A stretch of 29,627 bases of DNA from Candidatus Sigynarchaeum calidifontis (GCA_030587475.2 JAUQYZ020000154.1:1-29627); one strand, 5' to 3'. Shown: positions 16,377 through 26,360, counted from the stretch's first letter. Notes: generated from the sequence alone by a model not told the origin. Numbers and translations: made by a program.

Positions 16377-19013
16377 ATGGTTGACATCCAGGATGACCTC
16401 GATGCCGGTATCGCCGCGATAGAACAAAAAAAGTGGGACGATGCAATCCAGGCTTTTAAAAGGGTCACTGACGCGAACCCAAAACATCACCTCGCATGGT
16501 ATGACATGGCGATCGCTCTCGGCATGAAGGGAAAGGACAAACTCGATGAGGCCATCGCTGCTTGCGAGAAAGCGGTATCGCTCAAACCTGATTTTTACAA
16601 GGGCTGGACGAATCTTGGCTGGTTCTGGATGGTAAAGGATAACACAGAGAAGGCTATCGAGTCATGTAACAAGGCGATCGGGCTGAAGCCCGATTATAAC
16701 CTCGCGTGGATCAACCTTGGCGTCGCATTACGGGTCGCGGGTAATTTCGATGGTGCAATAGAGGCGTTCAACAAGGCAATCGCCTTGAAAGGTGTTGATC
16801 ACGAGGCGTGGGCAAACCTGGCCATCGTGTATGCGAGAAAAAATAATGTCCCTGCAGCGCTCGAAGCGCGGCAGAAAGCAATCAAGATCCTCGCATCCGA
16901 CGAGCACGCGTTGTCCTACACCATGATCATCAAGATCAAGCCCGGCGATCCGGACACGGTCGTGCTCCTCGGCATTGCGAACGAGTCAAAGCAAGACTAT
17001 GATGCAGCACTCGCGCTGTACAAGATCGCCTTGGAGAAGCAGCCGGGTTTCTCCCTCGCCCTTCTTGGGGCGGCGATGATCGCCGAGGCTAAAGAGGCAC
17101 TCGACGATGCGATAGACCACTACAAGCAGCTCGCCGAGTTAAACCTGGACATCCCGGAATTCCGGCAACGCCTCGAAGCACTGGCCAAGCGCAAGTTCTT
17201 GAAAGGAATGTGCGACGTGTTCCCTGCAGGGGAGAAATACGCGTTCCTCGCATGCACGGGTGTATCGATGTATCCCCCGAGCAGCGTCCCGCCAATACGC
17301 GACATCGCCAAGGTATTGCTGGAGCATTGCGTGCCGGCTGACGAGTTGGATCGCGTCTTCTCACTCGATGGAATGAACCAGGGTAGCATCTTCAAGCACT
17401 ACACGAACGTGCTGGATCCAGATTTGAAATTTTCGGAATATTTTGGACTCCCGGCCGTGCCGAACCCGATTCATTCGTTCCTCGCTCGAGCCGCGAAGGC
17501 AGGCCACGTCGTCATCACCACGAACCATGACTCGTTGATCGAGCGATCCATGATCTTGCTTCATGGACAAGAGGCAAGAGATGCGTGCAAGGTCATCATC
17601 ACGAAGAAAGACTACGAATCGTGTTCCGACCAAGAGACCCTGAAAAACAAATCCGTGGTCATCAAACTATTTGGCTCCCATCAAAACGTGATAACCTCGG
17701 AGACAACCGCGACGAGCATGTTGCCGGGGCCAGAGCTCAAGGCCGGCGATGCTATCGAGCCCTACAAGCGCACGTTACTGCAAGCGATGACCGCCGGCAA
17801 GATCCTTGTCGTGATGGGCCATGCGGATAGCATCGATTTCCCCATCATGCCCGTTCTCAAGGAGCTCACGGGTATCAAGTCGCTGGTCTGGATACAAAAC
17901 GAGAAAGATGATCCAAAGAGGGACAACGCGACGTTCGAGCAGTTCAGGGTCTCCAGCAAGGTGCCGGCGAATATCGTGAAGGCGACCGCCATCGAGCTCG
18001 TGGAAAGCGGTGCCTTGACGGGCATCGCAGGTGAGGCACCACCGTCTAAACCGGCCGGCATGAAACCCCCACCTCGGCCGGATTTCAAAGCATGGCTGAC
18101 CAGCATCGTCAAACCCCTCGACGACGTGTACAAGTACGCTCTGGTCACGAGTATTTTCAGCGAAAAGAATAAACAAGAAATGATGCTTGCTACTGCAAGA
18201 AAAGGCATCGAGATCGCTCAAGCAAGCCACAACGTCGTGGCTCTGGCCATCTTCTCGAACTACCTCGGCCAGTTCTACGAAGGCAAAAAGGATCATGACA
18301 CGGCCTTGAAGCATTACCAGGACACGATCACTTACGCAGATCAACTCGGCGCCGTGCAGGAAAAAGTGACAGCGCTCGCTGGTATCGGAAAGATCCAGTT
18401 GGCCAAGGGCGATGAGGATGCTGCCTTGAAAACTTTGTTAGATGTTCTCCCGCTCGCAGATGAAGTCGGTGATTTACAAACCAAAGCAAAATGTTTGAGC
18501 AGCATCAGCACGATCCATGAATCCCGAGGGAATCATGAAGAAGCATTAAAAACAATGGAGGAAGCGCTAGACATCGCCGATAAATCCGGCGACCTCGATG
18601 CGAAGATGAAGCGGCTTAACAACCTAGGATTGATCTATGACAGTATGGGCTTTAAGAACAAGGCCTTGCAGCGGTTCCAGGACGCTATGAAAATAGCGGA
18701 TCAACTCGGGAACCAGGTCATCAAAGCCAAGGTGTTGAACAATATCGGGGCGACCTACAGGGCAAAAGGTGACGACGACATGGCCCTCAAAAACTTCACC
18801 GACGCGCTGGCGATCGATGGAAAAATCGGCAACAAGGCGGATATGGCTTCCGAGTTACTGGCAATTGGCATGATCTGGCAAAAGCGAAACGATAACAAGA
18901 AAGCCCTTGCTTTTATCGAACGTGCAGCGAAGCTGTTCGAGGAATGCGGGATGCAAGAAGACCTGGCATCAGCCAGCAAAGTACTCGAATTCTTGAAAAG
19001 CTCCAAGAGTTGA
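16377..19013 (+). CDS. TPR - SIR2-like (degenerate) - TPR multidomain protein
   Basis: N-terminal 34-aa TPRs (AWYDMAIAL, GWTNLG, AWINLGVAL, AWANLA); central SIR2-like motifs AFLACTGVS, PNPIH.FLA, VITTNHD.LIE, IKLFGS, LVVMGHA..DF; Pro-rich linker; C-terminal TPR-like repeats of about 40 aa (LNNLGLIY, LNNIGATY). Confidence 0.85.
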   Translation: MVDIQDDLDAGIAAIEQKKWDDAIQAFKRVTDANPKHHLAWYDMAIALGMKGKDKLDEAIAACEKAVSLKPDFYKGWTNLGWFWMVKDNTEKAIESCNKAIGLKPDYNLAWINLGVALRVAGNFDGAIEAFNKAIALKGVDHEAWANLAIVYARKNNVPAALEARQKAIKILASDEHALSYTMIIKIKPGDPDTVVLLGIANESKQDYDAALALYKIALEKQPGFSLALLGAAMIAEAKEALDDAIDHYKQLAELNLDIPEFRQRLEALAKRKFLKGMCDVFPAGEKYAFLACTGVSMYPPSSVPPIRDIAKVLLEHCVPADELDRVFSLDGMNQGSIFKHYTNVLDPDLKFSEYFGLPAVPNPIHSFLARAAKAGHVVITTNHDSLIERSMILLHGQEARDACKVIITKKDYESCSDQETLKNKSVVIKLFGSHQNVITSETTATSMLPGPELKAGDAIEPYKRTLLQAMTAGKILVVMGHADSIDFPIMPVLKELTGIKSLVWIQNEKDDPKRDNATFEQFRVSSKVPANIVKATAIELVESGALTGIAGEAPPSKPAGMKPPPRPDFKAWLTSIVKPLDDVYKYALVTSIFSEKNKQEMMLATARKGIEIAQASHNVVALAIFSNYLGQFYEGKKDHDTALKHYQDTITYADQLGAVQEKVTALAGIGKIQLAKGDEDAALKTLLDVLPLADEVGDLQTKAKCLSSISTIHESRGNHEEALKTMEEALDIADKSGDLDAKMKRLNNLGLIYDSMGFKNKALQRFQDAMKIADQLGNQVIKAKVLNNIGATYRAKGDDDMALKNFTDALAIDGKIGNKADMASELLAIGMIWQKRNDNKKALAFIERAAKLFEECGMQEDLASASKVLEFLKSSKS

Positions 19014-19024
19014 AAAATTTCACG

Positions 19025-19978
19025 ATGACAGGATTTTATTCGATTAAGAAGGCCCTTGATGACTACCGCGTCGTTTTACGCCCGGACAAGGACGAGCCGG
19101 GATGGTGGGCTGGGGCTCCATCGGTTATGATGACCAGGGATGGTATGTTCTACCTCGCCGCCCGCATGCGCGACACGCTATCCCCCCGGGGGCGACGTGG
19201 TTACGAGATCCGGCTGCTGGAGAGCGAGGACGGCATCACGTTCACTAAGATAGCCAGCATCCACAAGGATGACACGAATTTGCCCGGCTTCGAGCGCCCG
19301 GCCTTATTGCAAGACCCCCGTAGCGGGAAATATAAACTCTACGGTTGCAGCGAGATGACCGACGGTTGGGGCATCTGGAAGCTCGATGATGCAGACCACC
19401 CGGCCAAGTTCGATCCCAAGACCCTCAAGCCCGTTCTCACGGCGAAAAAGCCGGAACTGGAGGCAATCGGTGCACAAGAGCACCACGGCACCTTCAGCAC
19501 GCAATACAAGGATCCATTCATCATGATCATCGACGGAATTTTTCACATGTTCGTCATCGGGTTTGATCGTCTCGAACGTGCCTATCACTTCACAAGCGAG
19601 GATGGGGAGCGCTGGAGCCTTGCCCAAGCCGCTCCTATCCTCGAGAACACGGGCTGGCACAACTGCTTCACGAGGCCGGCATGCCTCATTCCCTTCCGCA
19701 TAGGATACTTGTTAGTTTACGAGGGATCATCGATCGATTGGTACGATCCTGGCTACAATATCGCCACGGGGTTCGCATATTCCCTCGATCTCACCATGTT
19801 CACGGATTTAACTCCTCAGAAACCCGTGCTCGTATCATCAACGCCGGGCAAGTACCAGACATGGCGGTACTCGGATTGGATAAGCGTCGGTAATGCAACC
19901 CACGTATATTTTGAGGCCGCATGTCCCGACGACACCAACGAGCTACGCGTCGCTATTCTCAAATCAATGTTAATCTAG
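19025..19978 (+). CDS. Five-bladed beta-propeller glycoside-hydrolase-like protein (GH32/43/130 fold)
   Basis: Blade motifs WWAGAP, SEDGITF, FERPAL, YKDPF, TSEDGERW, TWRY; ATG 11 nt after the upstream stop. Confidence 0.7.
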   Translation: MTGFYSIKKALDDYRVVLRPDKDEPGWWAGAPSVMMTRDGMFYLAARMRDTLSPRGRRGYEIRLLESEDGITFTKIASIHKDDTNLPGFERPALLQDPRSGKYKLYGCSEMTDGWGIWKLDDADHPAKFDPKTLKPVLTAKKPELEAIGAQEHHGTFSTQYKDPFIMIIDGIFHMFVIGFDRLERAYHFTSEDGERWSLAQAAPILENTGWHNCFTRPACLIPFRIGYLLVYEGSSIDWYDPGYNIATGFAYSLDLTMFTDLTPQKPVLVSSTPGKYQTWRYSDWISVGNATHVYFEAACPDDTNELRVAILKSMLI

Positions 19979-20016
19979 TAGAAGAACGAAGCCAATAAAT
20001 AATTGAGAAAGGGATT

Positions 20017-21399
20017 TCACGATTTTTGGTGGAACTGTGGCAAATAATCCTTCTGGAGCCTGAGCATCTCGTCGAGCAAGTTGCGGGCGACTTGCGGGCT
20101 CGGCACGGTTGGATCGATGGCGAGGGCTTGCACGGCCGTGTTGTAATCGCCCGTGATGGCCGCCTCGACGACGAGATCCTGGATAGCGGCTTGCTGCTGG
20201 AGCAAGTTCGCGATGCCGCGGGGTAAATCCCCTACACTGTCGAGCCTCGGGCCATTCTTGTCGACGTGGCCAGGCGCCTCGACCGTGCAGTCGGGGGGCA
20301 TATTCGTGATACAGCCGTTGTTCATCATGTTGAGTGCGATGAATGGCTCCTTCGTGTCATACTCCATGGCAATCATGATGGGAACAGCTTTCTCGCCTGT
20401 GCTATGCACCCACCAGAAGTTGTCCTCGACGCCTTGTATCGATCTTGCCAAGCGCTGTTTGAAGGGTTCGTTCGAGCCTTTAAAGCCGTATTTTACATGT
20501 GGACAATAGTGTTTTGCGAAGTGGAGATACTCGCCCGGGTGGCTCTCGTCTGGATATGTGAAGTAGCCAAACGTCTTGAGCAGCTCCTCGATGAGATAGC
20601 GTTCCTCCTTGGCAGCCCACACCTGGCCACGCTCGCGGATGTCCTGGAGCAGGTCGGCACCCGCCTTGACCTTCTTCTCTGGATAGGGCCCGATGGCGGG
20701 CATCGTGAAATCGCACTTGGCCTTCACCTTGATGAAGAAATAGAAATGATTGAGCCCGGCAGATGTGAAATCGAGCATCCCCTCACTTGCACCGATGATC
20801 CTGGCCAGACCCGACAAGCCACTGCCGATGCCGTGGCAGAGACCAACGTTCCGCTTCGGGAAGGTCGGATCCTTCTTGGCCATGTACCGGTTTATCGCCC
20901 ACGTGACGCGGGGTACCGGGTTGGAATAGTTCAGCAAAATTGCATTCTTGGCTACATCGTGAATGATATCTGCAGCCGCAAGCATCGGGGGAACTTGCCG
21001 CCAGGTATGGAATGCCCCGCCAGGGCCTCCATTTTCCGAATAGACGGGGGTGCAACCGTGCCGGAACGGCACGTAATAGTCTTGTTCCCATGTCTTGAGC
21101 CGGTTACCATGTTCGATGCTCATGATGACATAGTTTGCATCTTGCAATGCTTTAACGGGATCGGTCGTTGCCTCCATCTTGAACGGGGCGGGATCGCCAT
21201 CTTCCGAGGCTTGTTTCAAGGCGAGGCCGAACACGCCACCGACCAGCTTGAGCATCTCTTCTGATTTGTCGTGGAGAACGACCGTTGCCCCGGAAAGCTT
21301 TTGACCGATAGTCATCAGATCGCCGAGCGTGCCCAGGCCAAAGGACTGGGAGCCGGCGCCGATGATCACTATGCGCTTGTCGCATTCTTTCGTTGGCAT
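20017..21399 (-). CDS. Family 4 glycoside hydrolase (NAD+/metal-dependent, alpha-galactosidase/glucosidase-like)
   Basis: IVIIGAGS, ENGGPGG, LLNYSNP, VGLCHG, AGLNHF, HPGEY, QALAIDP. Confidence 0.92.
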   Translation of the reverse strand: MPTKECDKRIVIIGAGSQSFGLGTLGDLMTIGQKLSGATVVLHDKSEEMLKLVGGVFGLALKQASEDGDPAPFKMEATTDPVKALQDANYVIMSIEHGNRLKTWEQDYYVPFRHGCTPVYSENGGPGGAFHTWRQVPPMLAAADIIHDVAKNAILLNYSNPVPRVTWAINRYMAKKDPTFPKRNVGLCHGIGSGLSGLARIIGASEGMLDFTSAGLNHFYFFIKVKAKCDFTMPAIGPYPEKKVKAGADLLQDIRERGQVWAAKEERYLIEELLKTFGYFTYPDESHPGEYLHFAKHYCPHVKYGFKGSNEPFKQRLARSIQGVEDNFWWVHSTGEKAVPIMIAMEYDTKEPFIALNMMNNGCITNMPPDCTVEAPGHVDKNGPRLDSVGDLPRGIANLLQQQAAIQDLVVEAAITGDYNTAVQALAIDPTVPSPQVARNLLDEMLRLQKDYLPQFHQKS

Positions 21400-21469
21400 A
21401 TCAACAACTCACCACGATGACATGGTATGCCCCGGCCTATTAAAAAAAATAGTCAGAAACAGAATGGTG

Positions 21470-22306
21470 TCAATCGACACCTTCGAGACCGTAGAAGCGC
21501 ACCGCGTTACGCCACAGTATCTTTTCCTTCACATCGTCGCTCACGTCCAAGCTCGTGATGCTCTTGATTGCCAAGTCGTAATCATACGGGATATTTGGGA
21601 AATCGGAACCAAACATGATCCGGTCTTGTATTTCCAGCAAGTCTTGGTTCGTGAATGCCGTCCCGTAGTTGTCGCGGAACAGCCGGTGCTTGATAAAGAT
21701 CATGGCCGTGTCAAAATAAACGCCGTGAAATTCTTTTGCAAGATCGAAGAAATCTTTGTACTCGTAGCTTCCCATGTGAGGCACCTGGATGCGCAATTTC
21801 GGATAGCGCTCGATGACGGGGCGCAACTTTGCTATCCCCACGTGTGCATTTGCCGCTGGACCCGTGCCCGAATGCATCACGAGGATTTTTCCGTGGCGCA
21901 CCAGCGCTTCGTACATGGGATCGAGGGCGCGGATGCCGGGGTCGAAGTCCGTGACGAGCAGCTGCAATTTAAGCCCGCGCAAATCGAGCTGGGCCGGAGA
22001 CAGTGCATGATCTAGCTCCTCGATGAAATAAGGATCGTCCGGATGGATCGTGCCGAAACAAAGCGCGGCGGGGTGCGTAGTACCGAAATCGTGCGTCCAC
22101 GTGTTCATATCGCGCGAAATTCCCGGCTTATGCGCATAGTTCAGCACGGTGTGGTGTATCACCCCGCGCGACTTCAAGAATTGGTAGATCTCGCCCGCGT
22201 GGAGCTTGTATTTGATAGGCCAGTAATTTTTAATAAAAAAAGCCCAGACCGCATCGAACATACGATCCGGGAAGCCGTGCACGTGGGCATCTATGATTTT
22301 TTCCAT
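21470..22306 (-). CDS. Amidohydrolase_2-family TIM-barrel metallohydrolase
   Basis: IIDAHVH, FGTIHP, GLKL, VMHSG, PHMG, VYFDTA, IMFGSDFP, ILWRNA; 6 nt after the CoA-transferase beta gene. Confidence 0.88.
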   Translation of the reverse strand: MEKIIDAHVHGFPDRMFDAVWAFFIKNYWPIKYKLHAGEIYQFLKSRGVIHHTVLNYAHKPGISRDMNTWTHDFGTTHPAALCFGTIHPDDPYFIEELDHALSPAQLDLRGLKLQLLVTDFDPGIRALDPMYEALVRHGKILVMHSGTGPAANAHVGIAKLRPVIERYPKLRIQVPHMGSYEYKDFFDLAKEFHGVYFDTAMIFIKHRLFRDNYGTAFTNQDLLEIQDRIMFGSDFPNIPYDYDLAIKSITSLDVSDDVKEKILWRNAVRFYGLEGVD

Positions 22307-22312
22307 AACCTT

Positions 22313-23095
22313 TCATTTCCCGATCGCCATGCCTGTGGGATCGAGCTCCCGGAGCAGGGCAACGTCTTGTTTCGTCGGGGCAGGGGTTTGAGGAACATTG
22401 GCAGGGATGGCGAGCTTGAAGCCCGTGTTGGCGACGATCTGCTCGACGGTCACGCCCGGATGGATGGATTCCAGCTTCATGAGCTTGGTCTTCTCGTCGA
22501 ATCCGTAGATGCCCAGCTGCGATATGACCTTGATCGGCCCGCTGCCAGCGGGAAGGCCAGCCCGTTCACGCGCGCCGGGGCCATCCAAGTATCCAGGCGT
22601 CGTTATAAATGTCACCTTTTCAACAAACTTCTGGGCCTCTTGACGCATTATGATGATCGTGTGCCGGCAGTTGGAACCGACATCGTTCGCCCCGCCCGAC
22701 CCGGGGAGTCGCACCTTGGGATGGTCCCACGATCCCCCGATGTAGGTCGTGTTAAGGTTCCCATACTTGTCAATCTGGGCACCGCCGAGGAACCCGTAAT
22801 CCAACCATCCCGCTTGTGCGAAAGACATGTTGTCGTGCATGGAGCTGGCGGCGATAGCCCTGTAAGTCGTGCGCGAGTCGCCGACGGAGATCGGTAACAT
22901 CTTCATCTGCGGGCCGACCGCACCGGCCTCGAATATGATGAGCAAATTTGGCGCGTGTGTTCGCTGGGCAAACATGCTCGCGATCATGGGCAAACCAGTG
23001 CCGACGAACACGGACCTGTTATCCTCGAGCACCCGGGCCGCGGCGACCGCCATCAAATGTGTCTGCGTGTAATGGGGTTTATCTTTCGTGGACAC
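22313..23095 (-). CDS. Family I CoA-transferase beta subunit (glutaconate/3-oxoacid CoA-transferase-like)
   Basis: VFVGTGLP, IFEAG (catalytic Glu position), FLGGAQIDKYGNLNTT, RLPGSGGAND, FITTPG; GTG 23095 follows SD-like GAGGTG (alternative starts 23110, 23128). Confidence 0.9.
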   Translation of the reverse strand: MSTKDKPHYTQTHLMAVAAARVLEDNRSVFVGTGLPMIASMFAQRTHAPNLLIIFEAGAVGPQMKMLPISVGDSRTTYRAIAASSMHDNMSFAQAGWLDYGFLGGAQIDKYGNLNTTYIGGSWDHPKVRLPGSGGANDVGSNCRHTIIIMRQEAQKFVEKVTFITTPGYLDGPGARERAGLPAGSGPIKVISQLGIYGFDEKTKLMKLESIHPGVTVEQIVANTGFKLAIPANVPQTPAPTKQDVALLRELDPTGMAIGK

Positions 23096-23106
23096 GACAA
23101 CGCACC

Positions 23107-24126
23107 TCATTTCTTTTTCTCGAGCCACGGGGCCTTTAAATCGGCCTTGTAGTGCTCGACATCGTGCAGGTACTTCATCTTGGATTCGCCACCGATTAGC
23201 TTGATGTATTCCTGGAAGTCCGCCGTGCCATGCACGTATTTATCGATCCATTCCTTCGTACCTTCGTCCGTCTTTGACATGTTTAACCATTCGCCGATGA
23301 TCTCCTCATCGAAATAATATTTACCTGGCATAAGTGTTGGATGCGCGCCGTACTTCACTTCGACCACTGCATCGACAATGAATCCCGGGATCTTCGTCTG
23401 ATCCGGGTTCTTTCGGATTTCCTCGTTATCAATGATTTCCTCGGTCGTGATGATCAACCGCCGGGCGGCGCGAGCGAGCTCGAAGTCCTCGATAATGATG
23501 CCATCGATCTGGCAATTACCAAACTTGTCGCACCGGGGCACGTGGATGAAAACGACATCGGGGTTGCACGATGGTAACAAGCAAATGGGTTTGCCCGTGA
23601 ATGGATCCTCGACGATCTTCGCCGATGATTTGCGAAAAGTGTCGGATCCTTGCATCATGCGGCACGGGACGAATGGCACGCCCATCATACCGCCCAGGAA
23701 TCGCCATTGAAAGCCGCCGTTGCTGATCTCCGAGACGACCTTGACGCGCCCGGTTTCCACCGCGCGGCGGCCGCACGGCGAGAGGCCGCGGAGCTCGTGC
23801 CCGAACGAGTACGCAACTTCCACTTTGCCCACGCATCCGCCCCCGATCAGCACGTCCAAATCGTGTACTGCGGTCTTGCCCAGGACCGTGAGATTTCTCT
23901 TTTTCTGGCGGATCATCTCGTAAATGCCTGCAAAACTGACGCGGATGTGCCCGAATCCACCCATGCCGAGGACGTCCCCGTCCTTGACGAACCGGGTAAC
24001 CGCCTCCGCCATAGACATACGCTTGTCCACCAGCGCGGGAGATTTGTTTTTCTTGATCCATTCGCGATTTTCGTCGGGATCGTGCCACCCGACGAGCTCG
24101 CCTTCACCTTGGTCTAAAACCTTCAT
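23107..24126 (-). CDS. Family I CoA-transferase alpha subunit
   Basis: FVKDGD.LGMGGF, GVPFVP, GSD, PDVVFIHV...DKFGN, IITTEEI, VDAVVEV.YGAHPT; ATG 24126. The 24315 extension overlaps the ACAD gene and was rejected. Confidence 0.9.
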   Translation of the reverse strand: MKVLDQGEGELVGWHDPDENREWIKKNKSPALVDKRMSMAEAVTRFVKDGDVLGMGGFGHIRVSFAGIYEMIRQKKRNLTVLGKTAVHDLDVLIGGGCVGKVEVAYSFGHELRGLSPCGRRAVETGRVKVVSEISNGGFQWRFLGGMMGVPFVPCRMMQGSDTFRKSSAKIVEDPFTGKPICLLPSCNPDVVFIHVPRCDKFGNCQIDGIIIEDFELARAARRLIITTEEIIDNEEIRKNPDQTKIPGFIVDAVVEVKYGAHPTLMPGKYYFDEEIIGEWLNMSKTDEGTKEWIDKYVHGTADFQEYIKLIGGESKMKYLHDVEHYKADLKAPWLEKKK

Positions 24127-24167
24127 TTTCACTACCTGTTTTCCATAAAGAATGAAGTGGAAAAAAA

Positions 24168-25457
24168 TTAGACATACTTGAACAGCTGCCGGCTCTCCGA
24201 GTCCTCGAGCACGTAATTCGACCCGCCACCGTGTATCATGCAGTACGCGTCGAGGAAACCAATCGGAACGGAATACTGACGGATAAACCCGCGGCCGCCC
24301 ATCGTCCGGAAGCAATGGATCGACGACTCGAAGGCGAGCTCGGTCGTCGCGATCTTCAGCCCCATCGCCTGGCGCGCGAGCTGCTTGGACATCGTGTCTT
24401 GCCGCGCATCGAGAATACGCGCGTAGTTGATCGTCGAATCCGTGAGGAGATGCAACTGGCGCACCATCTCGTTGATGGGCATGCGGACGATCTGGTACTC
24501 GTGGAGCTTGTGCTCGAATTGCTTCCGCTGGATGGCGTAGGAATGCGAGTATAGCAGCTTCTTGGCCGCGTCGCCCAGTGCCTCCGCCGAGATCACGAGA
24601 CGCTCCTCGGTCAGCTGGTGGAACGCGATGTCGAGCCCATTCCCTTCGAGCATGTTCTCGCGCGGGACGCGCACGTTCTTGAACTCGAGCCGCGATACGA
24701 ACGCGTCCTCCATCCCGTACGTCCGCAATCGTGTCGCTTTGAAGTTCTCGAGGGTCTGGTTCTTCGTGTCGACGATCACGGCACCCAGCGTGCCGTTGTC
24801 CAGCCGCCCGTAAACAAGGATGTACTGGGCGAGCGGGCCATTCGTGATAAAGATTTTTTTCCCTTCCAGGACGACCTCGTCCATTTCGTCCTTGATGCGA
24901 AGCTGCATGCGGGCGATGTCCGAACCTGCTTCGAATTCGGTCATTGCCGATGCAGCGATCGCGCCATCACGAGCCACGGGAAGCAAAAACTTCTCACGCT
25001 GGTACTTGTTTGCCTTGTAATCTACGGGATTGCAGAATAGCGTGCCTCCAGCGAGGCGTCCCATCTCGATCGACCAGTTGCCGCCGATGTACTTCCCGCT
25101 CCTTTCGGACCAGCGGCCACCACACAAGGCAAATGCAATGAGCACGTTCCGCATGAGTTTGCCGACGTTGTACTTGTCCTTGTCGAGCACGACGGAATAA
25201 TATCCTTTATCGGCCAATTTCTTCATAATCTTGACGATGACCTCTGCCTTCTGCTTTTCCGTCGACTCTTCCAAGAAGTAGTTGAGCTCCTCGAGCTTCT
25301 TGATATCAGTGTCCAGGTCTTTCTCGAGAAAATCGTAAAACTTGGCGACGAATTCAATTTCCTCCGCCGTGAGAAGCGGATTCGCGAGCAGATCGCATTC
25401 GGGAAGATTCTTTTCTATTTTGATCGGATTGAATTCACTAAACCGGATATCGACCAT
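24168..25457 (-). CDS. Acyl-CoA dehydrogenase
   Basis: AMTEFEAGSD, LEGKKIFITNG, FKNVRVPRENML, EERL, RKQF...L..YQ, MGGRGF, IHGGGS. Confidence 0.92.
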   Translation of the reverse strand: MVDIRFSEFNPIKIEKNLPECDLLANPLLTAEEIEFVAKFYDFLEKDLDTDIKKLEELNYFLEESTEKQKAEVIVKIMKKLADKGYYSVVLDKDKYNVGKLMRNVLIAFALCGGRWSERSGKYIGGNWSIEMGRLAGGTLFCNPVDYKANKYQREKFLLPVARDGAIAASAMTEFEAGSDIARMQLRIKDEMDEVVLEGKKIFITNGPLAQYILVYGRLDNGTLGAVIVDTKNQTLENFKATRLRTYGMEDAFVSRLEFKNVRVPRENMLEGNGLDIAFHQLTEERLVISAEALGDAAKKLLYSHSYAIQRKQFEHKLHEYQIVRMPINEMVRQLHLLTDSTINYARILDARQDTMSKQLARQAMGLKIATTELAFESSIHCFRTMGGRGFIRQYSVPIGFLDAYCMIHGGGSNYVLEDSESRQLFKYV

Positions 25458-25851
25458 TTTGATTCAATAGCCTCCATTGATGGTATCCTGTCCTCGAGCA
25501 AACCAGATGACGATCTTGAAGATCTTTTCTGTGTTGGTGTTTCCAGGTGATCTATGCTTTCAAACTATTTATATTATTAATGGTATCAATCGTTCTTAAT
25601 AAAAAACCATTCGGGCTATGATCGATATCTCGTCCCGATATCGCCATTTGTTTATTCCACCCGTGGATAGCAACATGCTTTTCAAGCAGATCGGCGTAAA
25701 TAGACCCGAGATGATCAAATCGAGGTAATTACATGAACACGAATGCTGAACCTTGCGGGATACGACATAATGAGGCAGCAGCGGCGGACGGGCCAACGTT
25801 CTACACTACCGACATCTTCAAGGGCTCGTCGATGCATCGATCCCTTCAAAA

Positions 25852-26283
25852 TTACAGGATAATGACGAGCGCCTCGCCCTCGAGAACCATGACGTTTTCC
25901 TGGTTATAAACATTTGTCTTTATGCGAAGAAACTTTAATTTCCCCTCTTTCTTCGTGAATTTCTCGACGATTTCGCCCACCGCGGTTAGCGTATCGCCAA
26001 CAAACACCGGTTTTTTGAAGTCCAATTTTTGAGAAACGTGCATCGTCCCGGGTCCAGGCAATTTCATCCCGAGCAAGCCTGATATCATCGAAAAAGCCAG
26101 CCCCCCGTGGGCGACGCGCTTCCCAAATTGCGTCGATTTCGCATATTCGTCATTCACGTGAAGAGGATTGAAATCCCCGGAGATCCCGGCGAACATGATA
26201 ATGTCCGTCTCTGTGATGGTCTTGGTATGGGATGCCTTGTCCCCGATTTTAAAGTCGTCCCAACTTGCGAGCTTGACATCCAT
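25852..26283 (-). CDS. MaoC/PhaJ-family (R)-specific enoyl-CoA hydratase
   Basis: FAGISGDFNPLH (hydratase-2 D...H), FGKRVAHG, LPGPG, FKKPVFVGDTL; ATG 26283. Confidence 0.92.
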   Translation of the reverse strand: MDVKLASWDDFKIGDKASHTKTITETDIIMFAGISGDFNPLHVNDEYAKSTQFGKRVAHGGLAFSMISGLLGMKLPGPGTMHVSQKLDFKKPVFVGDTLTAVGEIVEKFTKKEGKLKFLRIKTNVYNQENVMVLEGEALVIIL

Positions 26284-26300
26284 GACTACGGAATTGGTTT

Positions 26301-26320
26301 GAAAACCTTTTATTATTTTA
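26301..26320. promoter_or_regulatory. Putative bidirectional BRE/TATA region between the MaoC and thiolase-like genes
   Basis: GAAAACC-TTTTATTATTTTA in the 77-nt divergent gap; SD-like GGAGGT at 26347-26352 before GTG 26361. Confidence 0.5.
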
Positions 26321-26360
26321 GGGCTTAGTTGAATCACCTACTTTGCGGAGGTTAAAGCAC

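Noticed and set aside
12708-19978. Mobile element or bona fide defence island
   Set aside because: No integrase, transposase, tRNA anchor or flanking direct repeats seen; the MTase tail and SIR2 domain both look degenerate
20266-21264. Long antisense ORFs (this 332-aa one; also 10720..11655, 22043..22897, 461..1102, 14342..15007)
   Set aside because: Shadows of well-supported genes on the opposite strand with no motifs; expected from codon bias
22313-24126. IpdAB-type (steroid ring-opening) identity for the CoA-transferase pair
   Set aside because: The beta subunit keeps the canonical Glu (IFEAG) of true family I CoA-transferases, and no steroid ring-degradation genes are in the window
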